From assembly GCA_963786805.1 (NCBI GenBank), contig CAWBAK010000004.1:242043-306042 (forward strand): a DNA stretch of 64,000 bases, written 5' to 3'. Numbering within the stretch: the stretch's first letter is position 1; every line of letters starts with the position of its first letter. The DNA comes from an uncultured Actinomycetes bacterium (GTDB lineage: Bacteria; Actinomycetota; UBA4738; HRBIN12). This document shows, piece after piece, positions 10,082 through 19,947 of this stretch. The notes beneath the pieces were generated by a model that did no database searches, was not told the DNA's origin, and saw only the letters and a program-made list of their open reading frames with translations. The position numbers were made by a program, and so were the translations under genes.

Positions 10082-11322
10082 CCTCGGACGAAGCGCCAGC
10101 TGGCCCGCCACGCGGGCAGACCGGTGCAGCTCCTTCCTCGGTCGTCGCCGCAGTCCACCGTGGGCTTACGCCACAGGGCGAGCGAGGCGAGGAACTCCAC
10201 GTCCCCGCACCGGCCGAACCGAAGCGTGTCGACCAGGTCCGCGAAGTCCCGGAGCCGGCGACGGATGAGCGCGCACGCGCGGCCGTTGCTTGGCGCGCCG
10301 CCGTACCAGAGCGCCGTCTCCGCCTGCACCTTCGCGCTCAGGCTCCACCGCATCCACATGAGCATGCAGTTGGGATGCGGGGCGTCGGCCGCGAGCATCC
10401 AGGTGTCGGCCCACCCGGTGATCCCCTCGGCCGGCACGACGGCACCGGCGGAGCGCCCGTTGAGCTCGAGGAGGCTCAGGACGATCGGCCAGCCCGTCCC
10501 GACGACGACTTCGCGCTGGCCGAACCCATCGACCGCGTCCGTGAACAAGCTCCAGTACAGGCCGACCCGTGAGTCGAGATCTCGCAGGAGCGCCGTCGCG
10601 GCGTCGAGCTGATCGGGCGACAATGCGAACGGATCTTCGATGCCGAGCTCGGGACGATGCGCCGCGAGGTACAGCGCCGCGTCCGCGATCGTCATCGGCG
10701 AGTCGAGCAGCGCGATCCGTCCCGCGTACGGGGTATCCGGCTCGTACACCACGTCCCAGCTCCTCGGCTCGGGATCCACGCGCTCGTGATCGAACACGAG
10801 GAGGTTCGGCCCGTAGAGCGCCGGGACGCCGAAGATGTTCCCGTCCACCACGTAGTGGCCGGCGTTCTCCTCGCGGAGCGGTTGGAGGACCTGATCCCAC
10901 GAGGGGAACAGCGCTGGGTCGACCGCGGCAACCGCTCTCGAGGCGATCAACTCCCCCGCCGCATCGCCCGGGACCGACGCGCCGTCGTACGGAGAGTCCT
11001 CCCGCGTAAGCAATGTCACCATCTCCGCCCCCGAGTCCATATACCGAACCTGGACGTCGCATCCCGTCGTCTCTTCGAACGGCGTCACCCAGTCGAACTC
11101 CGGGTCGCTGGATCCGTCCTCGACGTAGCCCGCGAGGGCGAGCACGCTCAACTCCCCCTCACCGTCGCCGATCTCGTCACGAACCTCGACCGGCTGGACG
11201 GGCTCCGGCTCGCTCCCATCGGAAGAACACGCAGTCCCGATGAGGACACCCGCGAGGACGAGCGCCGTCGCGCTCCGCATGCGTGCACGCTTCGGGGTCG
11301 CCGGTCTTCTCCTGCTCACCAT
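10078..11322 (-). CDS. ABC transporter substrate-binding lipoprotein (PotD/PotF-like polyamine family), copy 1
   Basis: 414 aa with a lipobox LAGVLIGTAC and a PotD-like periplasmic binding fold. It is a paralog of the 13116..14354 gene. Confidence 0.85.
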   Translation of the reverse strand: MVSRRRPATPKRARMRSATALVLAGVLIGTACSSDGSEPEPVQPVEVRDEIGDGEGELSVLALAGYVEDGSSDPEFDWVTPFEETTGCDVQVRYMDSGAEMVTLLTREDSPYDGASVPGDAAGELIASRAVAAVDPALFPSWDQVLQPLREENAGHYVVDGNIFGVPALYGPNLLVFDHERVDPEPRSWDVVYEPDTPYAGRIALLDSPMTIADAALYLAAHRPELGIEDPFALSPDQLDAATALLRDLDSRVGLYWSLFTDAVDGFGQREVVVGTGWPIVLSLLELNGRSAGAVVPAEGITGWADTWMLAADAPHPNCMLMWMRWSLSAKVQAETALWYGGAPSNGRACALIRRRLRDFADLVDTLRFGRCGDVEFLASLALWRKPTVDCGDDRGRSCTGLPAWRASWRFVRG

Positions 11323-11325
11323 GGG

Positions 11326-12150
11326 CTACGGCGGGGCCTCACGCGCGGCGGCACCCCCTCGGCGGGTCACGTCTCCGGCTCCGGCCATCCGCTGCGCGAT
11401 GTAGACGGGGATGAGCATCACGACGATCACGGCGAGCGCCACCACGTTCACGATCGGCCGGTTCCGTGGCAGGCGCAAGTTGTTGAAGATGAACTTCGGG
11501 ATCGTGGGCGTGCTGCCGGCCGTGAGGTTAGTCACGACGATCTCGTCGAAGGAGAGCGCGAACGCGAGGAGGGCACCCGCGACGACGGCGGTGCGGATCG
11601 CGGGGAACGTCACGTATCGGAACGTCTGCCAGCCGTCGGCGCCGAGGTCCATCGACGCCTCGATGAGCGAGGTCGGCGTCCGTCGCAGGCGGGCCAGCAC
11701 GTTGTTGTAGACGACCACGATGCAGAACGTCGCGTGACCGATCACGATCGTCTGCAGTCCGAACGGGATCCCGGATGTGTTGATCGTCGTGTTCAGCGCG
11801 ATCCCCGTCACGATGCCGGGCAACGCGATGGGCAGGATCAGCAGGAAGGAGACCGATTGGCGCCCGAAGAACTGGAAGCGGTGGACGGCGAACGCGGCGA
11901 GGCTCCCCAGCACCAGCGCGAACACCGTCGCGGTGGTCGCCACCTGCAGCGAGTTCGCCAGCGCTTCCCGGACCTTCGGCTCGCGCCACGCGATCCCGAA
12001 CCACTTGGTGGTGAAATCCTGGATCGGCCACGCCTGGCCGATGCTGTCGTTGAAGGCGTACAGAAGGACGATCGCGAGCGGCACGTACAGGAACGCGAGC
12101 GTGAACACCGTGCCCGCCTTGATAGCGATCCTCGCGGCGCGCGACTCCAC
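11326..12150 (-). CDS. ABC transporter permease (PotC-like)
   Basis: 274 aa, 6 TM, with an EAA-like loop ...EASMDLGADGWQTFRYVTFP. Confidence 0.85.
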   Translation of the reverse strand: MESRAARIAIKAGTVFTLAFLYVPLAIVLLYAFNDSIGQAWPIQDFTTKWFGIAWREPKVREALANSLQVATTATVFALVLGSLAAFAVHRFQFFGRQSVSFLLILPIALPGIVTGIALNTTINTSGIPFGLQTIVIGHATFCIVVVYNNVLARLRRTPTSLIEASMDLGADGWQTFRYVTFPAIRTAVVAGALLAFALSFDEIVVTNLTAGSTPTIPKFIFNNLRLPRNRPIVNVVALAVIVVMLIPVYIAQRMAGAGDVTRRGGAAAREAPP

Positions 12151-12152
12151 CG

Positions 12153-13046
12153 CTACAGCGCCTCGAAGGCCCCGGCCCTTTTGGCCAGGACCAGGTAGAC
12201 GGCCATGATCGCGAGCGGAACCATCGCGTACGCGGCGGCGAGGGGGATGTTGCCCGCCACCCCGACGTTGTCGAAGATCACGTTCCCGATGAACTGGGTG
12301 TTGCCCACGAGCTCAGGGGCGATGTAGTCGCCCAGGGTCAGCGAGAAGGCGAAGATCGAGCCCGCCACGATGCCCGGCAGGATCAGCGGGAACACGACAC
12401 CGCGGAAGGTCGTCCATCCCCTCGCACCCAGGTCCGACGAAGCCTCCAGCAACGACGACGGCAGGCGCTCGAGCGCGCCGTAGACCGGAAGCAGGGTGAA
12501 CGGCAACCAGAGATACACGAAGGTGAGCCACACGGACCAGTTGGACCTCCCGAGCTGCAGCGAGCCGATGCCGGTCGCCTCCACGAGCCAGTTCAGGAAT
12601 CCGTTCGGCGTCAGGATCAGCTTCCACGCGAACACGCGCACCAGGTAGTTCGCCCACAGCGGGATGATCACCGCGACGAGCAGCGCGTTCCTCATCCGAG
12701 GCGACGCCAGGCGAGCCGCGTAGTACGCGAGCGGGAACGACAGGATGACGTCCGCGAGCATCACGGCCGTGGCGATCCCGATCGTGCGGATCGTGATCGT
12801 TCGATAGACATCGACCTCCGCGAGGGTCTGGAAATTCGTGAGGCTGAACCCGCGGACGATCTCGGCGGTGAAGACGTCGAGATGCCAGAACGCCGAAACG
12901 AACAGGAACACGAGCGAGCCGAGGTAGACGATGAGGAACCAGGCGAGCGGCGCCCCGAGGGAGAGCCCGAGCTTCAGCGCCCGATGTCGGAACAAGAAGG
13001 CGGAGATCCGGCGAGCGGCGCCCGACTGCGTTCCCGCGACACTCAC
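12153..13046 (-). CDS. ABC transporter permease (PotB-like)
   Basis: 297 aa, 6 TM, with ...EASSDLGARGWTTFRGVVFP. Confidence 0.85.
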   Translation of the reverse strand: MSVAGTQSGAARRISAFLFRHRALKLGLSLGAPLAWFLIVYLGSLVFLFVSAFWHLDVFTAEIVRGFSLTNFQTLAEVDVYRTITIRTIGIATAVMLADVILSFPLAYYAARLASPRMRNALLVAVIIPLWANYLVRVFAWKLILTPNGFLNWLVEATGIGSLQLGRSNWSVWLTFVYLWLPFTLLPVYGALERLPSSLLEASSDLGARGWTTFRGVVFPLILPGIVAGSIFAFSLTLGDYIAPELVGNTQFIGNVIFDNVGVAGNIPLAAAYAMVPLAIMAVYLVLAKRAGAFEAL

Positions 13047-13115
13047 CGGGCACCCCCTCGATGGACGAGGGCCCCGGGGACGCGTTCCCCGGGGCCCGTC
13101 GCTGCGTTCCGGCGC

Positions 13116-14354
13116 CTAGGCGCCGCGGATCTCCGTCCAGGCCTGCGTCCACTCGGAGTAGTCGATGCAGACGTCACCGCGGTCGTCGCCGCAGCTGACC
13201 TGTGGCGTCTTCCACAGGTGGATGTCGTTGAGGAACTGCTCGTCGCCGCAGAACGAGTACTCGACCGAGTTCACGAGGTCCTCGCCGCCCTCCCCGAGAG
13301 TGTCCGCGATGAGCTGGCACGACTCGACGTTGGAGCCGGCGGCTCCGTAGTAGACACCCACCTCGGCCTGCACGTCGGGCTGGAGCGTCCACTCCATCCA
13401 CTTGAGCATGCAGTTGGGGTTCGGAGCGTTGGTCGAGATCATCCACGTGTCGGCCCAGCCGGTGACCCCCTCGGACGGGATGACCGCCGCCGCGGGGGCG
13501 TCCTTGGAATACGTGAAGTTCACCGGCCACGCCGTCCCGACCACCATCGACCCGTCCAGGAACCCGTCGATCTCGTCCGTGTACAGCGCCCAGTAGGCGG
13601 CGACGAGGTCGTGCTGCTGCTGCAGGAGCGCGACCGACGCGTCGAACTGCTCACGCGTGAGCTCGTACGGATCGGTGATCCCCAGGTCGGGATCGTGGGT
13701 CATGAGGTACATCGCCGCATCCGCGATGAAGATCGGGTCGTCGTACGCGGTGACCTGCCCGGCGTAGGGAGAATCGGCCTCGAACGTGACGTCCCAGCTC
13801 GTCGGGGCGGGAGTCACGACGTCCGTGTTGTACATCAGGAAGTTGGGGCCGTACATGTACGGAACCCCGTACATGTTCCCGTCCACGACGTAGTGGGCGT
13901 TGTTCGTCCCCGTGTCGGGATGGAGCGGTCCGATCACGTTGTCGAGATCGGGGAAGAGCGCGGGGTCGACCGCGCCCACGTCCTGGCCCGCGATCAGACG
14001 GTTGCTCGCGTTGCCCGAGGCCGAGACCCCGTCGTAGACGCTCCCGTCTCCCTGCCGCATCAGCGTGACCATCTCGTCGGAGGTGTCGGCGTACGTCACG
14101 TTCACCTGACACCCGGTGTCGTCTTCGAACGGGGTGACCCAGTCGTACTCCTCGTAGCCCTCGGTCGTCCCGTCCTCGGTGTATCCGTGCCAAGCGATCA
14201 GCTCGAGCGAACCCTCGAGCTCCCCGATCTCGTCGTACACGATCGCGGGCTCGACCGGGCCGCCGTCGCCGGCGCCCGGCTCGTCCTCGCCGCATGCCGC
14301 CGCGACGAGCGCCAGGACCCCGAGCACGGCGATCCACCTGCCTACCTTCTTCAT
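13116..14354 (-). CDS. ABC transporter substrate-binding lipoprotein (PotD/PotF-like), copy 2
   Basis: Track ORF 13116..14435. The likely start is at [22 protein letters not shown] (ATG at 14354, ATGA overlap with the ATPase stop). It is paralogous to 10078..11322. Confidence 0.85.
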   Translation of the reverse strand: MKKVGRWIAVLGVLALVAAACGEDEPGAGDGGPVEPAIVYDEIGELEGSLELIAWHGYTEDGTTEGYEEYDWVTPFEDDTGCQVNVTYADTSDEMVTLMRQGDGSVYDGVSASGNASNRLIAGQDVGAVDPALFPDLDNVIGPLHPDTGTNNAHYVVDGNMYGVPYMYGPNFLMYNTDVVTPAPTSWDVTFEADSPYAGQVTAYDDPIFIADAAMYLMTHDPDLGITDPYELTREQFDASVALLQQQHDLVAAYWALYTDEIDGFLDGSMVVGTAWPVNFTYSKDAPAAAVIPSEGVTGWADTWMISTNAPNPNCMLKWMEWTLQPDVQAEVGVYYGAAGSNVESCQLIADTLGEGGEDLVNSVEYSFCGDEQFLNDIHLWKTPQVSCGDDRGDVCIDYSEWTQAWTEIRGA

Positions 14355-15472
14355 GCGTCCCCCTCCCCTGGGTCCTTCGACCCGTCCGTTGCATCGCCGG
14401 CCGCGTCCACGGGCCGGTTCAGTCGCCGATCCCACACGAGGCGCACGGAGTTGCCCCTCACCTGCAGCGCCTCCATCGACGACGTCGTCAGGTTCTGCTG
14501 CATCACCACCAGCTCACCGCCGACGTCCAGCTGCACGATGTACCGGGTGATCGCACCCAGGTATACGACGTCGCGCACGCGTCCGGTTGCCGTGCACCGG
14601 TCCGCGCTCACCGGCGCGTCGACCTCGACCATGGCGATCTTCTCGGGCCGGATCGTGAACGCATGGGGATCTCCGGTCACGGCACGGGCCGCGTCGCCGG
14701 CGAGCACGTTGGACGTCCCGACGAACCCCGCGACGAACCCGGTGGCCGGACGCTCGTAGACCTCGGCCGGCGTGCCGATCTGCTCGACCCGTCCGCGATT
14801 GAAGACGGCGAGACGGTCGCTCATCGTGAGCGCCTCATCCTGGTCGTGGGTCACGTAGATGAACGTGAGGCCCACCTGCTGCTGGATCTCCTTGAGCTCG
14901 ATCTGCATCGCCTGCCGGAGCTTGAGGTCGAGCGCGCCGAGCGGCTCGTCGAGCAGAAGCACCTTCGGCCGGTTCACGAGCGCTCTCGCAAGGGCGACGC
15001 GCTGGCGCTGGCCACCCGATAGCTGCGACGGCTTGCGGTCGCCGAACCCCGTGAGCTGCACCATCTCCAGTGCGCCGGCGACGCGGGTGCGGCGCTCATC
15101 CGCTGGGACCTTCTTGACCTTCAGGCCGTACTCGACGTTCTGCTCCACCGTCATGTGGGGGAACAACGCGTAGTCCTGGAAGACCGTGTTCACGTCGCGC
15201 TCGTAGGGCGCGAGGCGGGTGACGTCCTCCCCGCCGAGCTCGACCCGGCCCTCGGTCGGAGCCTCGAATCCGGCGATCATGCGGAGGCAGGTCGTCTTGC
15301 CCGAGCCCGACGGCCCGAGCATCGAGAAGAACTCGCCTTCACGCACCTCCAGATCGACGCCGTCGACCGCCACGACGTCGCCGAACCGCTTGCGAACCGA
15401 GTCGAGCCGGACCGCGACAGCGGCGTCCGCGAGGGTCCGGGCATGCTCGATCTGCACTTCGGGCTGCGCCAA
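14351..15472 (-). CDS. ABC transporter ATP-binding protein (PotA-like)
   Basis: It carries Walker [10 protein letters not shown], signature [15 protein letters not shown], Walker B LLLDEP, and a C-terminal TOBE/MOP-like domain. A TTG start is proposed at 15472 after GGAGG. The upstream part of the track ORF is Arg-rich. Confidence 0.85.
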   Translation of the reverse strand: MAQPEVQIEHARTLADAAVAVRLDSVRKRFGDVVAVDGVDLEVREGEFFSMLGPSGSGKTTCLRMIAGFEAPTEGRVELGGEDVTRLAPYERDVNTVFQDYALFPHMTVEQNVEYGLKVKKVPADERRTRVAGALEMVQLTGFGDRKPSQLSGGQRQRVALARALVNRPKVLLLDEPLGALDLKLRQAMQIELKEIQQQVGLTFIYVTHDQDEALTMSDRLAVFNRGRVEQIGTPAEVYERPATGFVAGFVGTSNVLAGDAARAVTGDPHAFTIRPEKIAMVEVDAPVSADRCTATGRVRDVVYLGAITRYIVQLDVGGELVVMQQNLTTSSMEALQVRGNSVRLVWDRRLNRPVDAAGDATDGSKDPGEGDA

Positions 15473-15611
15473 TGTGCCTCCGTGGGGTGGGTGCGCTCGC
15501 GAACCGCGCAATCTTGAACGGGAAACAGTCGCCCGGCAACCCATCGGCCTGTCGATGCGACGCCGCGTTCGTTCGCCGCGGTGGCGCGTTCTCGGGCAAC
15601 GGTGGCAAGGA

Positions 15612-16619
15612 TCAGCGGGGCCGGGCCTCATCGAGCCGGCGGGCTCCCAGGGCGGCCGCGAGGCCCGACGTGAGCTCGCCCACGACGCCGGGGCCCCGGT
15701 AGATGAGGGCCGTGTACACCTGGACGGTGCTCGCGCCCGCATCCAGGCAGGCGAGCGCGTCCGCCGCGGAGGACACGCCCCCGCACGCGGCCACCGGCAC
15801 CGTTCGTCCGATCGCCGCGACGACCTCCGAGACGATCTCGGGCGTCCGATCGAACAGCGCCCGTCCCGAGAGTCCCCCCTGGCCGGTCGAGAGCCTCGGC
15901 TCGAGGACCGACCGGGTGTTCGAGCACGTCAGGCCGTCGGCGCCGCCTTCGACCGCGATCTGGGCGAGCGCGAGGACCACCGCTCGTTCGACGTCCGTTC
16001 GGAACGGCGGCAGCTTCACGAACAGCGGGGTGCTGCGTCGCGCCCCGAGCTCGCGGAGCAGCGCGGCGAGGTGCGACTCGTTGTCCCGGTCGCGTCCCCA
16101 CGAGACGTTGGGGCAGCTGGTGTTGAGCTCGACCCCGTCCACGTAAGGCTCGAGGAGGCCGTGGGTCTGGATCACCTCCTCGACGGCCTCGTCCGCGACG
16201 CTCGCCAGGCGCGGCGACGTCCGCGGGGTGGCCGCGAGATGCCGCGCTGCGGCTTCGGCGCCGGGGTTGGGAAGGCCCATCGCGTTCGTCATCGATGCGC
16301 GATCGCGGTAACGCACGATGCGCGGTCTGGCGTTCCCGTACCTCGGACGCCGAGTGAACGTTCCCCCGACGACGTACCCGAAGCCGAGCCTGCCGAGCGG
16401 ACCGAGGTGCCGGCCCGTCTTGTCGAATCCGGCCGCCAGGGCGATCGGGTTCGCGAGGTCCAGACCGGCGAGCGACGTCCGCAGCGCCGGATCGCGAGCG
16501 CAGCCCCCGAGTCGTTCCCACGGGAACGGAAGACCGAGAAGGCGTTGTGCGAGGACGTGGGCGGCCTCGGGCGGAAGCGCGAAGAAGGCCGGCTTCGCGA
16601 CCATCCGGTACCAGCCCAT
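15612..16619 (-). CDS. pyrD: Dihydroorotate dehydrogenase (quinone), class 2
   Basis: 335 aa: ...LPNPGAE...ELNTSCPN...TCSNT...[34 protein letters not shown], with an N-terminal membrane-associated helix. Confidence 0.9.
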   Translation of the reverse strand: MGWYRMVAKPAFFALPPEAAHVLAQRLLGLPFPWERLGGCARDPALRTSLAGLDLANPIALAAGFDKTGRHLGPLGRLGFGYVVGGTFTRRPRYGNARPRIVRYRDRASMTNAMGLPNPGAEAAARHLAATPRTSPRLASVADEAVEEVIQTHGLLEPYVDGVELNTSCPNVSWGRDRDNESHLAALLRELGARRSTPLFVKLPPFRTDVERAVVLALAQIAVEGGADGLTCSNTRSVLEPRLSTGQGGLSGRALFDRTPEIVSEVVAAIGRTVPVAACGGVSSAADALACLDAGASTVQVYTALIYRGPGVVGELTSGLAAALGARRLDEARPR

Positions 16620-16628
16620 CGGCGACCT

Positions 16629-17195
16629 ATGCTACGCGCGATGTCCGACACGGGGTCCGCGCGGTCTGGCGACGACGCGTCCGATCTGGGGGGCGAGGAG
16701 CTGGCGAACCGCCTGCTCGCCGCCTCGGAGCTGCACGGCGACTTCCTGCTCTCCTCGGGACGGAGATCCTCGGTCTACTTCGACAAGTTCCGGTTCCTCA
16801 CCGAGCCGGAGCTGCTGCGGGCGACCGCTCGCGCGGTGGCCGGCGCGGTGCCCAAGGGCGTCACCCACCTCGCCGCGCCCGAAGGAGCGGCCACCTTGCT
16901 CGTGGCGGCCGTCGCGCTCGAGACCGGACTTCCCCTCGCGGTGGTCCGCAAGGAGCCCAAGGCCTACGGGACGATGTCACGCGTGGAGGGACATGCGCCC
17001 GCCGGCGCCGAGGTCGCGTTGATCGAGGACGTCTCAACGACCGGACACCAGGTGCTGAAGGCCGCGAAGGCGCTCGAGGCCGAGGGCTGCCGGATCGGGA
17101 TCATCGTGCTGGCGATCGACCGCGGGGGCGCGGCGCACCTCCGGGAAGCGGGGTATCTGGTGCGGGCGGTCGTCGAGGTGCAGTCGGCGGACTGA
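16629..17195 (+). CDS. pyrE: Orotate phosphoribosyltransferase
   Basis: 188 aa with the PRPP-binding motif VALIEDVSTTGHQV. It is divergent from pyrD with only a ~10-bp spacer. Confidence 0.88.
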   Translation: MLRAMSDTGSARSGDDASDLGGEELANRLLAASELHGDFLLSSGRRSSVYFDKFRFLTEPELLRATARAVAGAVPKGVTHLAAPEGAATLLVAAVALETGLPLAVVRKEPKAYGTMSRVEGHAPAGAEVALIEDVSTTGHQVLKAAKALEAEGCRIGIIVLAIDRGGAAHLREAGYLVRAVVEVQSAD

Positions 17196-17215
17196 GGATG
17201 CGCGGGCGTTCCGGC

Positions 17216-17980
17216 TCAGCCGACGCCGACCGGCCTGTCCGTCAGCACGGCGGGCATCTCGCACCGCCAGACCTGCAAGCGCCACAGCAGGCGGCTGCCA
17301 CGCGCATGGAGATGGAGGATGCCCTCCTTCATCATGCGAGCCACCGCTTTGGACTTGGCGACGACCTCGGGCAGCGGGAACTCTCGCTCCAGGAGGGATT
17401 GGAGGTTCGCGGCCCCGAAGATCCGCCGGGCGACCTCCAGGATGAGACCCTCCGCCTGGATCGTCCCGGTCGGCAGGTACAGGAGCCCACCCGGGCGAAG
17501 GCATCCGTGGTCGTGAAGGCTTTCGAGCATGGCGGCGGGAAGCTCGGCGCCGGTCGGACCGCCGGCACGGCCGCCGTCGGGGAACCACCCCGACACCTCT
17601 GCGATCTCGTCCGGGATACCGGAAACGTCGCCGATCACCACATCGGCCTGGATCCCTCGCACGGGCTCGAACAGGTCTCCGACGCGGAACTCGACCCGGT
17701 CCTCCAGCCCCAGGAGCTTCGCGTTCCTCCGCGCGACCTCGATCGCCGCCGGCGAGAGGTCGACGCCGTACACGCGCCCGGCCCCGAGCTTGGCGGCGAC
17801 GAAGGAGAGCACGCCGCTGCCACAACCGACATCGATCACGGTGTCTCCGGGCTGGATCTCGAGCGCTTCCGCCAAGGTTCGGCTGGTGTGGCTCGGCGCG
17901 AAGACTCCCGGGTCCACCTCGATCGTGAAGGGCCCGGTGCGGCCCTTCCATTCCGTCTGGTTCGCGATCTCGGGGCTCAT
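17216..17980 (-). CDS. Class I SAM-dependent methyltransferase
   Basis: Contains ...GDTVIDVGCGSGVLS...GVDLSPAAIEVARRNA... (motif I). The start is chosen at MSPEIANQTEW. The upstream part of the track ORF is Arg/Pro-rich junk. Confidence 0.7.
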   Translation of the reverse strand: MSPEIANQTEWKGRTGPFTIEVDPGVFAPSHTSRTLAEALEIQPGDTVIDVGCGSGVLSFVAAKLGAGRVYGVDLSPAAIEVARRNAKLLGLEDRVEFRVGDLFEPVRGIQADVVIGDVSGIPDEIAEVSGWFPDGGRAGGPTGAELPAAMLESLHDHGCLRPGGLLYLPTGTIQAEGLILEVARRIFGAANLQSLLEREFPLPEVVAKSKAVARMMKEGILHLHARGSRLLWRLQVWRCEMPAVLTDRPVGVG

Positions 17981-18023
17981 CGTGCTCCATGGTGCGGGTT
18001 GGGGAAGGGAACAGTCAACCAGT

Positions 18024-18515
18024 TCATGCCTGCGGGCGCTCGAACACGGCGTTTTCTCCCGGGAGAACCCTGCCGGCTTCGACCTCGGCGGCCAGGGTCT
18101 CGGCGGCCCCCGCCACCCGCTCGGTGTCGACCCCGTGGTGGCCCCTCGGGTACCGGCGAACCCGGCCGGCGCCACGCAGCAGCAGCCGGATCGCGCCGTG
18201 GGCGTTCCCCCGCATCAGATGGGTGTAGCCCGCTCCGAGCTGGGACAGGCCCTTGAAGAACTCCGCGTCCTCGGTGTCCCGCGACTGCTTCCAGGCCGTC
18301 TCCCAGGCCTCGTGCGCCGGGAAGTACCGGCCCGCCGCGAGGTGTTCGCGGGCCAGACGGTGGTTCTCCTCCCGCGGCAGGGAGTCGTAGTCCTCGAGCC
18401 GGAGCGTGTTCTCCGCACCCCAGGGCTGGGGTCGGCCGAGATCGTCCCGCGGCCGCTCCGGCTTGTGGCGCTTCTCGGTCGGCTTCCCGGCCTTGCCTCG
18501 GGCCTCTTCGGGCAT
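18024..18515 (-). CDS. DUF309 domain protein
   Basis: The C-terminal 163 aa of the track ORF reads ...AAGRYFPAHEAWETAWKQSRDTEDAEFFKGLSQLGAGYTHLMRGN..., typical of DUF309. The remainder of the 466-aa track ORF is Glu/Arg-rich antisense junk of the AI-2E gene region. Confidence 0.6.
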   Translation of the reverse strand: MPEEARGKAGKPTEKRHKPERPRDDLGRPQPWGAENTLRLEDYDSLPREENHRLAREHLAAGRYFPAHEAWETAWKQSRDTEDAEFFKGLSQLGAGYTHLMRGNAHGAIRLLLRGAGRVRRYPRGHHGVDTERVAGAAETLAAEVEAGRVLPGENAVFERPQA

Positions 18516-18551
18516 ACGGCCATGGTAGCCGGGCGTTGCTGGCGCCATCCG

Positions 18552-19836
18552 ATGACGGCCGATACGCTGGCCGGCATGGATCCGGCCAGCGTCGCGGAGG
18601 AGCTCCAGTCGCTCACCGAAGCGCAGGCACGGGGCGCCGAGGACGTCGGCGGCCCTCGTCTCGATCCCAACCGAGATCGCATGCCCGCGTGGATCCCGCG
18701 GCTGCTGCTCCTCGTCGTCCTGACCGCATTCGGCGCCTATGCGGCGTTCTCGGTGGTCCGCCGGTTGCGCGATCTCCTCGTGTGGCTCGTCGCCGCCCTG
18801 TTCCTCTCGTTCGCGCTGGAGCCGGCCGTGAACTGGCTCGTGGCCCGCGGGTGGCGCCGAGGCGCCGCGACGGCAGCGGTGCTGTTCGGGCTGGGACTGC
18901 TCGTGCTGATGATGATCGCCCTCATGGTGCCGCTGGTCATCGACCAGGTGCAGGAGCTCATCAACCGCCTCCCGGAGCTGCTCGCCAACGCGAGCGTCTA
19001 CACGGAGCGCTGGTTCAACGTCGAGCTCACCGGCCAGAAGATCCTCGACCGCATCGCCAACGCGCAGACGGACATCCGCGGGATCGCCGCGAACGTGGCC
19101 TCGATCGGGGCGTTCATCCTCAGCCTCGTGTTCCAGCTCCTCACGATCGGGCTCTTCACGTTCTACTTCGTCGCCGACGGTCCGAGGTTCCGCCGGGCCG
19201 TGTGCTCGATGCTCCCACCGCGCCGCCAACGCGAGATCCTCGCCGCCTGGGACATCGCGATCGACAAGACCGGCGGATACCTCTACTCGCGCCTCCTCCT
19301 CGCGGTGTTCAACGCGGGGATCACCTTCGTCGTGTTGCAGGCGCTCGGTGTGTCCATTCGCGGTTCCGCTCGCGCTGTGGCAGGGCCTGGTCTCACAGTT
19401 CATCCCCGTGGTCGGGACGTACATCGCCGCAGCCGTCCCGCTCCTCGTCGCGCTCCTGGAGGAACCCCTGACGGCAGCGCTCTTCCTCGGCTTCGTCCTC
19501 GTCTATCAGCAGATCGAGAACTACGTCCTCGCCCCTCGGATCACGGCCCGGACGATGCAGCTCCATCCCGCGGTCGCGTTCGGCGCCGCCCTCGCCGGCG
19601 GTTCGATCAGCGGCCTGCTCGGTGCGTTCATGGCCCTGCCGGCGGCGGCGGTCATCCAGGCGACGGTCTCGAGCTACCTGACGCGCCACGAGGTCGTCGA
19701 GTCCGAGCTCACGCGAGACGACGAGCTCCCCACCTACGTCGAGAGCGAGGCCGGCGGCGAGAAGGCCGAAGGCGTCCTGGGCCGGCTCAAGGCCCGGTGG
19801 CGCAGGAGCGACGACGATCGACAGATCGGCGGCTGA
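18552..19836 (+). pseudogene. AI-2E family transporter (PerM/YdiK-like), frameshifted near 19352
   Basis: MTADTLAGMDPAS...LFTFYFVADGPRFRRAV...FNAGITFVVLQALGV is followed by a +1 shift into ...PFAVPLALWQGLVSQFIPVVGTYIAA...QQIENYVLAPRITARTMQLHP. Removing a t in ggtgtgTccattc restores ALGVPFAVPLAL. Confidence 0.75.
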
Positions 19837-19947
19837 GGGCGGGAACGCTCCGGCCCCGCTGGTTCGTGTCGTTCCCGGGGTCGGCGTAGAGTAGCGCCCC
19901 TCGACGGACGGGGACGACGGCTCGTCGTACCCGGAAAGGAGCGCGCC

